Of a stretch of 64,000 nt of DNA, positions 16,191-26,022 are shown piece by piece. This stretch comes from an uncultured Erysipelotrichaceae bacterium (lineage in GTDB: Bacteria; Bacillota_I; Bacilli_A; RFN20; CAG-826). Location: NCBI GenBank assembly GCA_902803375.1, contig CADCPN010000002.1:111755-175754 (forward strand), in the 5' to 3' direction. Position 1 is the stretch's first letter. Each line of letters begins with the position of its first letter. The position numbers were made by a program, and so were the translations under genes. A model generated the notes under the pieces. It saw nothing but the letters and a program-made list of their open reading frames with translations, made no database searches and was not told the DNA's origin.

Positions 16191-17369
16191 CTAATCTTTG
16201 AGCAGGCTCGAGTAGATTTTCTCAATGTCGTGCTCGTCTAGTGATTGGGGGTAACAGCCAATCACACGTGTTCCGTTACCGCTTGCTAGACCGACCAAGG
16301 CAGGGATGTCATCTTTGTGCAGCCCAACCTCTTCTAGGGTGGCGGGCATGCCGATCGAAGTGAAGAATTCCTTCATCGAACGTATGCCAATTATAGCCGT
16401 TTCTTCTTCAGAAGCACTAGAAACATCAAACACTCTCTTAGCGAAATAGGCGAATTTGCTAACGCCACCTTTATAGACGTAGCTGGCCCAAGCCGGATAG
16501 ATAAGGGCGACGCCTGCGCCGTGAGTGATATCCGCTTTGTAACCAGAAAGAGCGTGCTCAAGCGGGTGAACGACAAAACCAAACTTCTTGCCCAAATGGG
16601 TGAGGCCGTTATGAGAAAGGGTGCTGTTGAGCATGATGGCGGCCCTGGCCTGGTAGTCATGAGGATTCTCCATGACCTTCCTGCCCTGAATGATGGTATT
16701 GCGGATCAAATCCAAAGCCCATTCATCGGAAAGCTCATTGCCATCGCTTGGGCAGAAATACCTCTCAAGGGAATGCATGATGATGTCGGAGATGCCAGCC
16801 GCGGTCTGGTAAGGCGGGGCGGAGTAGGTCAGCTCCGGATTCTCAATGGCGAAGGCCGGGCGGAGCAAATCGCAGTTGAAGCCCTGCTTAATTTTGAGGT
16901 CGTCGTCCTGAATGACGCAGGAGTTGCTGGCCTCGCTGCCAGCGGAAGCGAAAGTCAGCACAACGCCAAGCGGCAATGCTTTTGTCGGGACGGCTTTCTT
17001 AAGGTTGAAGTCGAAGGGGTCGCCTTCGTAATAGAAAGCGGCCGCGATGGATTTGGCGGTATCGATGATGGAGCCGCCGCCGATGGCGATAATTCCATCA
17101 GCGCTATAGCTTTTTGCCAATGCGACGCCTTCTCTAACTTTAGCGGCAAGAGGATTAGGGCGAACGCCGCCGAAATCAACGTAATGTATGCCTTCTTTTT
17201 CTAATGCGGACACGCATTTTGCATATAGGCCATCGTTCTTTATTCTGCCGGAGCCATACACCAAAAGGACGTTGGTCATTCCAACGGCTTTGGCGGCTTT
17301 CCCCAATTCGTTTTCCTTATCTTTGCCAAAATAGATTTTGGTTGGGGACACGAAGTCAAAATCAATCAT
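16191..17369 (-). CDS. iron-containing alcohol dehydrogenase (butanol dehydrogenase/YqhD-like)
   Basis: Contains AIGGGSIIDTAK and His-rich metal-binding motifs typical of Fe-ADH. Confidence 0.85.
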   Translation of the reverse strand: MIDFDFVSPTKIYFGKDKENELGKAAKAVGMTNVLLVYGSGRIKNDGLYAKCVSALEKEGIHYVDFGGVRPNPLAAKVREGVALAKSYSADGIIAIGGGSIIDTAKSIAAAFYYEGDPFDFNLKKAVPTKALPLGVVLTFASAGSEASNSCVIQDDDLKIKQGFNCDLLRPAFAIENPELTYSAPPYQTAAGISDIIMHSLERYFCPSDGNELSDEWALDLIRNTIIQGRKVMENPHDYQARAAIMLNSTLSHNGLTHLGKKFGFVVHPLEHALSGYKADITHGAGVALIYPAWASYVYKGGVSKFAYFAKRVFDVSSASEEETAIIGIRSMKEFFTSIGMPATLEEVGLHKDDIPALVGLASGNGTRVIGCYPQSLDEHDIEKIYSSLLKD

Positions 17370-17923
17370 TTCTGTTCTTCTTTCTTGGATAGGTCAATAA
17401 GGGAAGGCAGGACGTATTCAATCGCATTATCGATAAACTTGTTCATCTTCCTTGAGAACTTATCCGGAGTGAGTTTAGCATCCTTGAAGCAATAGCCGAA
17501 CTCATCGGAGATGATATGGGCCAGTCTTCTGGAAATGTTACGCAGGCTATCCTTCTTTAACGTCATCGTCTCGTCGTTAGATAGCAAAGCGAGAAGCTTA
17601 ACGTTGAGCTTTCCGAAGATGAATTCGTCGGTAAGGTCCCTTGCCGCTGAGTTATAGGTGCTGCGGAGGAAGGAGAAATTATCTCTGACGTAAGAGGTGA
17701 AAAGCCTTAGGACATCGCGGATGCTTTTCGCATTATCGACCTTGCCGATATCTTCGTTTAGGAAGATGGCGGCGATGAGGTCATAGATGTCTTGGTAATG
17801 GTAGTAGAATGTCTGCCTATGGCAGCCGCATTTAGCGCAGAGCGCGGTGACGTTGATATCTTCTAGCGCCTGCGATTCCATCATTTCTTTCAATGCGTAT
17901 TTGAATTTCGCTTCGGTGATCAT
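17366..17923 (-). CDS. TetR-family regulator (DhaS-like)
   Basis: N-terminal HTH INVTALCAKCGCHRQTFYYHYQDIYDL. It overlaps the downstream ADH gene by 4 nt. Confidence 0.75.
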   Translation of the reverse strand: MITEAKFKYALKEMMESQALEDINVTALCAKCGCHRQTFYYHYQDIYDLIAAIFLNEDIGKVDNAKSIRDVLRLFTSYVRDNFSFLRSTYNSAARDLTDEFIFGKLNVKLLALLSNDETMTLKKDSLRNISRRLAHIISDEFGYCFKDAKLTPDKFSRKMNKFIDNAIEYVLPSLIDLSKKEEQK

Positions 17924-18006
17924 AGATTCCTTTCTCTAAGATTTATTTATAGGGCTCACTCCATATTCTCTCCCTTAGGAATAAGCCCTTTATCTTTTTT
18001 GTTTCC

Positions 18007-20967
18007 CTATTCGCTTCTTAAGCACTCAACAGGGTCTTTCTTCGCGGCCATCCTCGACGGAATGAGACCCGAGAGCAGCGATAGCGCAACAGCCAATAGC
18101 AGCAATAGCGCCGCCTGCCACGGAGCCAATGAGACAATGCTACGGAGATTCGCGGTGGGGAAGTTATCGTTAACGATGCTATTGATTGGCATAGCGGCGA
18201 GGTAGGTCACGGTTACGCCCAATAGGCCTGAGGCAATGCCTATGAGCGCGCATTCTGCCTCGAATAGGCGCCCTACGTCCCTCTTTCTGGCGCCGCAGGC
18301 CCGCAATACGCCTATCTCGCTTCGCCTTTCGACGACGGAGACATAGGCGATGATTGCCGTCATGACGCTGGAGACGAGAAGGCTGATGGAGGCAAAGATC
18401 GTAAGCACGACCGTAATAACGGAGATCAACGTGCCGATTTCCTCACTAATCTCAGACATGAAGTCAGTGTAATAGATCATATCCACATCGGTTTTCCCGT
18501 TATTCCAGCTGTCCAAGTAAGCCTTCAGGGCCGGCTTAGCGGTTAAGGAAGAGGGGAAGATGAGGATTGAGGTGATAAGCGAATACGAATTCATATAGGC
18601 AACCACGTCGGTGATGTTAGGGGATCCAGCCCTGGTGAAAAAGCCATCACCTAGGTAAAGGGCAAGCAAATCGGAGATAGAGCTTAGCTGGATATCCTTG
18701 AAGGTGCCGCCGGCTTCCCTGTTCCAAGACAAGAAGGAATAAGGGGAGGTAGAGGCGTAATAGCTGCGAACGTTATGGGAATCATCGCTAGAGGCGCCAT
18801 AGACGTCGAGATAGTTGATCGCCCCTTCGAAAAGCAAAGAAGACGAAGTGGATACAAGGCTTTCCATCGTGACGTTGCTACTGCTGCTAGCCAGGGAGGA
18901 AAGAACGCTCTGCAGCGACTCATTCATGCGGCGGAGGCCATCGCTAGATAGATATTCGCCCTCAGAGTTTTTCTGCAGAGGAATCGTCCAGTTATTTCTC
19001 TGGGCTTCGGCGATCTCTTTGCCAGCGCCAGCCTCATAATCGGCGACCATCTCATCCTTTAAGGAAGAAAGGTAAGCTAAGGAAGTCGGCATGAGCGTCA
19101 GATAGCTTTGCTCAGTCGGGCGGAGGACGCCGACGATGTGGCAGGTGATCTCGTTATGGGTATCTTCTTGGTAATAGGCGGAGATATCGCTAGGAGTCGG
19201 ATAGATGGACATCGAGGATTTGCCTTCGGTTCCGACAAACTTCAAAGAAGAGAACGTAGAGGGGTCTTCCGGATCGAAGGAAGAGGCGTCAAGATGGACG
19301 TCCTGCCAAGCATCCCATTGCCAGGTGTTTTTATGGGATATGTCGTACCAGTCGGAATTGCGGTAGCACTTGTATTCCTTATATAGGGAGTCGCCTTCGC
19401 CCGAATAGATAATGTCATCAAAGTTAATGGCTTTTTCCGCTTCAGGTAGGTCGGAGAAAGAGTCGGAAGAGACAATGCCTAACTTTGCCAAAGTAGAGAA
19501 ATCGACGCGGTTATACCTATCGACAATGAGCACCATCTCGTTGCTCTTTTTTGGGAAGCGGCCATCGATGACGTTATAGTATTCCTTCATCGATTCCTCA
19601 TCGCCATACATCTCGTGGATGATGGTTCCGGGGATGTTGGCATAGTTAGAAAGCATGCTTCCAAGGCTTCCCGCGGAAGAATACTGGCTGACTTTCATAA
19701 TCGTGCCCGTATGACCTTTTTCGGTTAGGAAATGGAAATCAAGGTTGTTGCGGTTCTTGAGGATGGACATCGCGGAGCCATAGGCAGAGCAGGTCTCATC
19801 GCCAGTTAAGCGATCGATGTAGTCCAGATACTCTTTGGAGAAGACGTTCTTGTGGGCGACATAAGTGCTCGAAGAGGTGTCATAGACATGAAGGGTATTG
19901 TCGTTGGGGAATTCTTTGGAGGTGTTATAGGTCTCCGTATTATTGGCCTTGGTGGCGTAGGTGGTCGGCGAGATCGTCAAAGGGACGGAGCTGCCGACGG
20001 AGGTCTCGACGTTATGAACATAGTTTTGGAAGCCATTGGTCGTGCCGGCAACAAGGGCCACCCCGATGATGCCAAAGCTGCAGGCGATTGCCGTGATGAT
20101 GTTCCTTCCCTTCTTAGTGAGGATGGAAGAAAAGGAGGAAGATAAAGCGGAAAGAAGAGACATGGATGTCTTCTTTTTGGATTTAATCGATACAGGCTGC
20201 CCCTCTTTTTTCTTAATAGGGCCAGCGATGCCTATAGAGGAGTCCTTTTCGATTAGGCCATCCCTCATACGAATAATGCGGCTTGCATAGGCATTGGCGA
20301 GTTCTTCGTTATGGGTGACCATGACGATGAGCTTATCGGAGCCGAATTCCTTTAATAGATTTAGGACATCAGAGGATGTCTTCGAATCCAATGCGCCGGT
20401 AGGCTCATCGGCGAGGATGAGATCGGGATCATTAACAAGAGCGCGAGCGATGGCGACTCTCTGCTGCTGGCCGCCGGAGAGCTGCTTTGGCTTCTTGCTG
20501 ATATATTCGCCTAAGCCAACTTTTTCCAAAAGCTCTTTGGCCTTCTGCCGTCTTTCTTTTTTCTTAACGCCAGCCAAAGACAAAGGAAGCTCGACGTTAC
20601 GCAAAACGGAGTAGTGTGGGATAAGGTCATAGTTTTGGAAAACAAAACCAACCCTTTTATTACGGTAGTTATCCCAATCGGAATCCTTGAAATCCTTGGT
20701 GCTAAGGCCATCGATAAGTATGTCTCCCTCATCGTAATGGTCGAGGCCGCCAATGAGGTTAAGCAAAGTAGTCTTGCCAGAGCCGCTTGGGCCGAGGATG
20801 GCGACAAAGCCTTTAGAAGGCAGTTTTAAATAGACGCCCCTAACCGCCGGATAAAGTCTCTTATTCAGGCGATAATTCTTGTGAACATTAGAAAGCTCAA
20901 TGAAGGGTTTTTCGACCTCTCCGCTTTCTTCATCTTTCATTTTTTCGATGTCATCAACGGATGCCAT
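18007..20967 (-). CDS. fused ABC transporter: ATPase plus FtsX/MacB-type permease with a large extracytoplasmic domain
   Basis: Walker [10 protein letters not shown], signature LSGGQQQR, Walker B LILADEPT, and C-terminal FtsX-like TM helices. The start was moved to the ATG at 20967 (MASVDDIEK...). The listed GTG at 21009 would overlap a TGGTATAAT promoter element. Confidence 0.8.
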   Translation of the reverse strand: MASVDDIEKMKDEESGEVEKPFIELSNVHKNYRLNKRLYPAVRGVYLKLPSKGFVAILGPSGSGKTTLLNLIGGLDHYDEGDILIDGLSTKDFKDSDWDNYRNKRVGFVFQNYDLIPHYSVLRNVELPLSLAGVKKKERRQKAKELLEKVGLGEYISKKPKQLSGGQQQRVAIARALVNDPDLILADEPTGALDSKTSSDVLNLLKEFGSDKLIVMVTHNEELANAYASRIIRMRDGLIEKDSSIGIAGPIKKKEGQPVSIKSKKKTSMSLLSALSSSFSSILTKKGRNIITAIACSFGIIGVALVAGTTNGFQNYVHNVETSVGSSVPLTISPTTYATKANNTETYNTSKEFPNDNTLHVYDTSSSTYVAHKNVFSKEYLDYIDRLTGDETCSAYGSAMSILKNRNNLDFHFLTEKGHTGTIMKVSQYSSAGSLGSMLSNYANIPGTIIHEMYGDEESMKEYYNVIDGRFPKKSNEMVLIVDRYNRVDFSTLAKLGIVSSDSFSDLPEAEKAINFDDIIYSGEGDSLYKEYKCYRNSDWYDISHKNTWQWDAWQDVHLDASSFDPEDPSTFSSLKFVGTEGKSSMSIYPTPSDISAYYQEDTHNEITCHIVGVLRPTEQSYLTLMPTSLAYLSSLKDEMVADYEAGAGKEIAEAQRNNWTIPLQKNSEGEYLSSDGLRRMNESLQSVLSSLASSSSNVTMESLVSTSSSLLFEGAINYLDVYGASSDDSHNVRSYYASTSPYSFLSWNREAGGTFKDIQLSSISDLLALYLGDGFFTRAGSPNITDVVAYMNSYSLITSILIFPSSLTAKPALKAYLDSWNNGKTDVDMIYYTDFMSEISEEIGTLISVITVVLTIFASISLLVSSVMTAIIAYVSVVERRSEIGVLRACGARKRDVGRLFEAECALIGIASGLLGVTVTYLAAMPINSIVNDNFPTANLRSIVSLAPWQAALLLLLAVALSLLSGLIPSRMAAKKDPVECLRSE

Positions 20968-21061
20968 GCCCAAAATTATACCATAAGGTATATAAGGAAT
21001 TGTCGACACAAACGTAACTATTTTGTACAGCGTTTAAAAAGCTGTCTAACCATCGAGACAA

Positions 21062-21514
21062 TTATCGTTTCGATGCAAAGAACTTGTCGAGGATGGCTTT
21101 GCACTCCTCTTTTTTCTCGCCACGGAAAATAAGTGGGGAGGCGTATGCGGATTTATCAAAAACATGGACGGAGGAGGTGATGGCGCCATAGGTGGGATCA
21201 TCAGCGCCGTAGACCAAGGTTTTTATTCTGGCCTGAGCAATGGCGCCGGCGCACATAAGGCACGGCTCCAAAGTCACGTAAAGGGAGCAGCCATCAAGCT
21301 GCCAGCGGCCAAGGGTCTTCTCCGCTCTTTCGATAGCCAGGATTTCGGCGTGAGCGGAAATGCTGTGGTCCTTTTCCCTAAGATTATGCGCGGAAGAAAT
21401 AAGCTTGCCGTCTTTGACGATGACGGCACCGACTGGGATTTCGCCCTCGCCAAAAGCCAATTGGGCTTCTGCCAAGGCAATATTCATGTAAATTTCTTTT
21501 TCTTCCGTAGGCAT
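21062..21514 (-). CDS. tadA: tRNA-specific adenosine deaminase
   Basis: HAE...PCLMCAGA deaminase motifs. The start was set at MPTEEKEIYMNIALAEA by analogy with TadA N-termini. The listed start at 21538 would run into the SRP RNA. Confidence 0.85.
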   Translation of the reverse strand: MPTEEKEIYMNIALAEAQLAFGEGEIPVGAVIVKDGKLISSAHNLREKDHSISAHAEILAIERAEKTLGRWQLDGCSLYVTLEPCLMCAGAIAQARIKTLVYGADDPTYGAITSSVHVFDKSAYASPLIFRGEKKEECKAILDKFFASKR

Positions 21515-21530
21515 AGATAGATTGTAAAAC

Positions 21531-21613
21531 AAAACCACCGCACAGGAGTAGATGACTTAAGGCTGCTTGGTTCCCCACCTGACCTGGTTCATCGCCCGCT
21601 CCTCGCGATGGCT
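21531..21613 (-). ncRNA. ffs: small (4.5S-type) signal recognition particle RNA
   Basis: The minus strand reads GCCATCGCGAGGAGCGGGCGATGAACCAGGTCAGGTGGGGAACCAAGCAGCCTTAAGTCATCTACTCCTGTGCGGTGGTTTT. It contains the conserved domain IV core ACCAGGTCAGGT..GGAA..AAGCAGCC, the 5' and 3' ends pair (CCATCGCGAGGAG with CTCCTGTGCGGTGG), and it ends in a T-run. Confidence 0.85.
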
Positions 21614-21618
21614 TGAGG

Positions 21619-21627
21619 ATTATATCA
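21619..21627 (-). promoter_or_regulatory. extended -10 (TGATATAAT) of the SRP RNA gene
   Basis: The minus strand reads TTGTGATATAATCCTCAAGCC. The -10 hexamer ends about 6-7 nt before the start of the predicted RNA helix. Confidence 0.6.
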
Positions 21628-21691
21628 CAAACGGAGCAAATAAAAACCAGTTGCAGTCTTTTAGCATTGCAGCGGGGAACGTATATCGCTT

Positions 21692-22936
21692 TTAGGGTTT
21701 GCGGCGAAGGTTCGCCAGCATGAGCTTAAGTCTATTTTCCTGGTTAACCTGGGTAGAGGAAGCATCGAAGTCCAATGGAATGATGTTTGCTTCTGGAACC
21801 AAGGCTTTGACCGGGCGAACCATGCCTTTGCCAACGATGTGGTTAGGCAAGCATCCGAAGGGCTGGACGACGACAATGTTCTTGGTATCGCCTTCTGCAT
21901 AGGCAACCATTTCAGCCGGGATGAGCCAGCCTTCGCCCATCTTAACGCCGGTGTCGATGACCTTCTCGCCTTCGGAGACGACATATTCAAAGTCTTCATA
22001 GGCTTTGAACCCAGCTTCTTTGGTGATCTTGGCCTCGTTGCGGGTAGCGCGGAGGAAAAGCTTATAGGCGATCTTAAAGGCGAAGACCGTCTTCTTCCCT
22101 TGGCCGTAACGCTTGTAGTCGTTGATGTTGTTATAAAGGCAATAGAGGCAGAATTCGGCAAGGGACGGATAGACGACTTCGCATCCTTGCTCTACGAGGA
22201 AGTTGGCGAGGTGGTTATTCGCGTAGGGAGAGTATTTAACGTAGATCTCGCCGACGATACCGACGCGAGGTTTTCTCTCCTCTGCGGGTTTTAGGTCTTT
22301 GAAGGCATCAAGAATCATCCTATAGTTCTTTTTCGCGTTATAGAAGGCGCGGTGGGCAGCCTGGGCTTTAAGGCTGTCCAAGCAGCCTCTAAGGGCAGCC
22401 TGAACCTTCTCTCTATCGTGGTAAGGCTCAGCTTGATCTACCAAGTTCATGAGGAGGTCTCCATACATGACGGAGTAAAGCAGCTTCATGGAGGTGGAGA
22501 GGTCTAGTGGAATGCTATAAAGCTTTTCTAGGCCGGAGAAGTTGAGCGATAAGACTGGAACGGTCGGGAATTCTTTCTCGAATGCTTTGCGAATGAGGGA
22601 GATGTAGTTGGAAGCACGGCATCCGCCACCAGTCTGAGACATGATGACGGCGGTCTTGCTGAGATCGTATTTGCCAGTCTTCAATTCAGAAACGAATTGA
22701 CCCGTGGTAATGATTGCGGGGTAGCATGCATCATTCTGGACGGTGCGGAGGCCTTCGTCCTTTGCCTCTCTTCCCATCGGCGGGACAATCTTGAGGTTGA
22801 GGCCTTTCGCCGCCAAAACCGCAGTGAAGATCTCAAAGTGGATCGGGAGCATATCCGGGGCGAGGATGGTGAACTTCTCGTCCACGAATTTCTTCCAAAG
22901 AGCTTTTCTAGCTTTCTTTTCTTCTGCTTTGGTCAT
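21692..22936 (-). CDS. acyl-CoA dehydratase activase-related protein (COG3580/COG3581-like partner subunit)
   Basis: 414 aa containing ...SQTGGGCRASNY... It starts 3 nt after the stop of the upstream double-ATPase gene. Confidence 0.6.
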   Translation of the reverse strand: MTKAEEKKARKALWKKFVDEKFTILAPDMLPIHFEIFTAVLAAKGLNLKIVPPMGREAKDEGLRTVQNDACYPAIITTGQFVSELKTGKYDLSKTAVIMSQTGGGCRASNYISLIRKAFEKEFPTVPVLSLNFSGLEKLYSIPLDLSTSMKLLYSVMYGDLLMNLVDQAEPYHDREKVQAALRGCLDSLKAQAAHRAFYNAKKNYRMILDAFKDLKPAEERKPRVGIVGEIYVKYSPYANNHLANFLVEQGCEVVYPSLAEFCLYCLYNNINDYKRYGQGKKTVFAFKIAYKLFLRATRNEAKITKEAGFKAYEDFEYVVSEGEKVIDTGVKMGEGWLIPAEMVAYAEGDTKNIVVVQPFGCLPNHIVGKGMVRPVKALVPEANIIPLDFDASSTQVNQENRLKLMLANLRRKP

Positions 22937-22938
22937 GG

Positions 22939-25878
22939 TTATTTCCTCGCTTTCTTGTCTTCGACGGCAGCAAGGAGGCTACGGAGGCGGATGCGGACAG
23001 CACCGAGGTTGTTGATTTCGTCGATTTTGATTTCGGTATAGAGCCTGTCATTGCTCTCAAGGATGCGACGAACCTCATCGGTGGTGATGGCGTCGACGCC
23101 GCAGCCGAAGGAGACGAGGTGAACGAGCTCCATATCCGGCTGGTCCTTAACATAGTTGGCCGTGTCGAATAGACGAGCGTGGTATGTCCACTGGTTCAAG
23201 ACTTCAGTCTTAGTCTTCTTATTCTCAAAGGTGAGGGAATCTTCGCTTAGGACGGCGACTCCTAGGCCGTCAAGAAGCTTATCGATACCGTGGTTGATTT
23301 CTCTATCAACGTGATAGGGACGTCCAGCGAGGACAATGATTTCCTTGCCTTGCTCCCTCGCGGTTTTGATTATCTCTGCGCCTTTGGCTTTGACGTCCTC
23401 GCGATAACGGATTTCTTCTTCGATGCCCTTTTTGAGTGCATGGGCGATGTCTTTTTTGCTGATGCCCTTAGAAGAGAGCTTCTCATTTAGGGTCTTCACG
23501 GTCTTCTTAAAGTTATTCAAGTCGATGAACGGATCGATGAGGTTATCATCGTTTAGGCGAGCATCGTTTCTCTTGAGGAGCTCGCCGTAATAAGCGAGGA
23601 CTGGGCAGTTATAGTAGTTATCGCCGCGATGCTCATTGATGTTATAGGACTCAGAGGGGTAGAACACGAAGTCAACGTTCTCGCCTAAGAGATAGTCGAT
23701 ATGGCCGTGCATGATCTTCGCTGGGTAGCAGGCGGTGTCGCTAGGAATGGTCTTTTGGCCGCGGCGATAAAGCGCACGGGTGGAAATCGGAGACAAGATG
23801 ACGTTATAGCCAAGTTCCTTGAAGAAGGCATCCCATAAAGGGAGCTGCTCATACATAACGAGGGTGAACGGAAGTCCGACGGTTCCTTTTGGATTCACGG
23901 GATCGGGATATCTCTGCATGAGGCGTTTTCTCTTGTAGTGATACATGTCAAGGTCGTGCTTGGCCTTGGGTTTGCCTTCACCCTTTTCGCACTTATTGCC
24001 GGAGACGAAGAAACCGCCTTTGGGGAAGCGAAGGATGGTGAGGTTGCAATAGGCGGTGCACTGCTTGCAGTTGGTGTGCATCGTCTGATAGGTGAAGTTG
24101 TTGAGGTCTTCTAGGGAGATGAGGCCGTGATTGCCACCTCTTTCCTTAGCAAACAAAGCGGCGCCGAAAGCGCCCATTAGGCCCGCAATGGATGGGCGGA
24201 TGACTTCATGCCCAATCTCCATCTCGAAGCAGCGCAGAACAGCGTTATTGAGGAAAGTGCCGCCTTGGCAGACGATCTTGTTGCCAAGCTCTTCGAAAGA
24301 ACGGACGCGGATGACCTTATAAAGGGCATTCTTGATGACGGAACGAGATAAACCGGCGGAGATGTCATTGACGGTTGCGCCTTCTCGCTGGGCCTCTTTG
24401 ACGGAGGAGTTCATGAAAACGGTGCAACGAGAGCCGAGTTCAACCGGGTTCTTGGCAAATAGGCCAAGCTTGGAGAACTCTTCGACGTCGTAGCCAAGCG
24501 CTGCGGCAAACGAGCTTAGGAAAGAGCCGCAACCAGAAGAGCAGGCTTCGTTGAGCATGATGGAGTCGATGGCGCCATTCTTGATCTTGAAGCATTTGAT
24601 GTCCTGGCCGCCGATATCGATGATGAATTCAACGTCGGGCTCAAAGAACTTCGCGGCCTTGAAGTGGGCGACGGTTTCAACGACGCCATAATCGACGTGC
24701 ATAGAGTTCTTGATGAGTTCTTCGCCATATCCGGTGACGCAGGAACCAACGATCTCTAGCTTCGGGCTGCCGTGGGTGTAGATGTGTTTGACCTGCTCGA
24801 CGATGTTCTCGATAGGTAGGCCTTTGTTGGGCTGATAATGGGAATAGAGGATTTCGTTATTCTCGGAAAGAAGAACGATCTTAGTGGTGGTGGAGCCTTC
24901 GTCAATGCCTAGATAAGCCTTGCCCTCATAGGTAGAAAGGTCAGCGGTCTTAACGTCGAAGTCTTTGTGGCGTTTGATGAAGGCGTCATAGTCGTCCTGA
25001 TCTTTGAAAAGCGGACGGCCCGTGACGATGGAGCCATTCATATCGGCTTTTCTTATATCGGCGATGACATCAGAAAGCGAATACACGGTGTCTCTATTCT
25101 GCGCATAAACGGCTGCGCCTTTCGCCATGAAAGTAGAGGCGTCTTGCGGGAATATAGCGTTCTCTCCCCCTAGCTTCAAACGATCCTTGAAGGCCTTGCG
25201 AAGGCCTTGGAGGAAAAATAGCGGTCCGCCAAGGAAAAGAACATTGCCTTTGATCTCGCGGCCCTGCGCGAGGCCGGCGATAGTCTGGTCGGCGACGGCA
25301 TAGAAGATAGAGAGGGCAACGTCTTCTTTGGATGCGCCCTGATTGAGGATTGCCTGAATATCGCTCTTGGCGAAAACGCCGCAGCGGGAAGCTATTGGAT
25401 AAGCCTTCTCCGCCTTGAGGGACAAAGCATCCATCTCAGGGAGGGAGACGTTAAGAAGGGTGGCCATCTGGTCGATGAAAGCACCGGTGCCACCTGCGCA
25501 CTGGCCGTTCATTCTCTCTTCGACGCCGCCGGTGATGAAGATGATTTTGGCATCCTCGCCACCTAGCTCAATGGCCGCATCAGCGTTGGGATAAAGCTTA
25601 CGGATAGCAATATAGGCAGACTCGACTTCCTGAACAAAGGGGAGTCCACTTCTTTCAGACAGGCCTAAGCCGGCGGATCCGGTCAAGGAGACCTTAACCT
25701 TGATATCGCCTAATTTATTTTTGACTTCATTGAGTTCCAAAAGAGAGGTCTCTTTGACCTTGGCGCCGTGACGGACGTAATTGGCATAGAGCACATTGTT
25801 GTTCTCGTCGAGAACGACGGCTTTGACGGTGGTACTGCCCACGTCAATGCCAAGGGTATAGATACGATCGTTATTCAT
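22939..25878 (-). CDS. BadF/BadG/BcrA/BcrD-type ATPase with two tandem activase modules and a C-terminal DUF2229-like domain (annotated in databases as CoA-substrate-specific enzyme activase)
   Basis: Two actin-fold ATPase starts, LGIDVGSTTVKAVV at aa 9 and LGIDEGSTTTKIVL at about aa 323, followed by a Cys-rich linker (CKQCTAYCNL) and a long C-terminal domain. Confidence 0.7.
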   Translation of the reverse strand: MNNDRIYTLGIDVGSTTVKAVVLDENNNVLYANYVRHGAKVKETSLLELNEVKNKLGDIKVKVSLTGSAGLGLSERSGLPFVQEVESAYIAIRKLYPNADAAIELGGEDAKIIFITGGVEERMNGQCAGGTGAFIDQMATLLNVSLPEMDALSLKAEKAYPIASRCGVFAKSDIQAILNQGASKEDVALSIFYAVADQTIAGLAQGREIKGNVLFLGGPLFFLQGLRKAFKDRLKLGGENAIFPQDASTFMAKGAAVYAQNRDTVYSLSDVIADIRKADMNGSIVTGRPLFKDQDDYDAFIKRHKDFDVKTADLSTYEGKAYLGIDEGSTTTKIVLLSENNEILYSHYQPNKGLPIENIVEQVKHIYTHGSPKLEIVGSCVTGYGEELIKNSMHVDYGVVETVAHFKAAKFFEPDVEFIIDIGGQDIKCFKIKNGAIDSIMLNEACSSGCGSFLSSFAAALGYDVEEFSKLGLFAKNPVELGSRCTVFMNSSVKEAQREGATVNDISAGLSRSVIKNALYKVIRVRSFEELGNKIVCQGGTFLNNAVLRCFEMEIGHEVIRPSIAGLMGAFGAALFAKERGGNHGLISLEDLNNFTYQTMHTNCKQCTAYCNLTILRFPKGGFFVSGNKCEKGEGKPKAKHDLDMYHYKRKRLMQRYPDPVNPKGTVGLPFTLVMYEQLPLWDAFFKELGYNVILSPISTRALYRRGQKTIPSDTACYPAKIMHGHIDYLLGENVDFVFYPSESYNINEHRGDNYYNCPVLAYYGELLKRNDARLNDDNLIDPFIDLNNFKKTVKTLNEKLSSKGISKKDIAHALKKGIEEEIRYREDVKAKGAEIIKTAREQGKEIIVLAGRPYHVDREINHGIDKLLDGLGVAVLSEDSLTFENKKTKTEVLNQWTYHARLFDTANYVKDQPDMELVHLVSFGCGVDAITTDEVRRILESNDRLYTEIKIDEINNLGAVRIRLRSLLAAVEDKKARK

Positions 25879-25981
25879 GAATTCAAAAATAGGCTTTCTT
25901 TGCAGGGGGTATTGTAGCCGATTTTTTCCTTTTATAAAGGAAAGATGCTCTTTCGGTCTACAGCAGGTCTATTTCGTTAAC

Positions 25982-26008
25982 AAAAAGCTCCCCCGAAATC
26001 GGGAGAGC
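25982..26008 (-). terminator. rho-independent terminator after serS
   Basis: The minus strand reads GCTCTCCCGATTTCGGGGGAGC followed by TTTTT. Confidence 0.75.
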
Positions 26009-26022
26009 CGTTGCGTTAAGAA

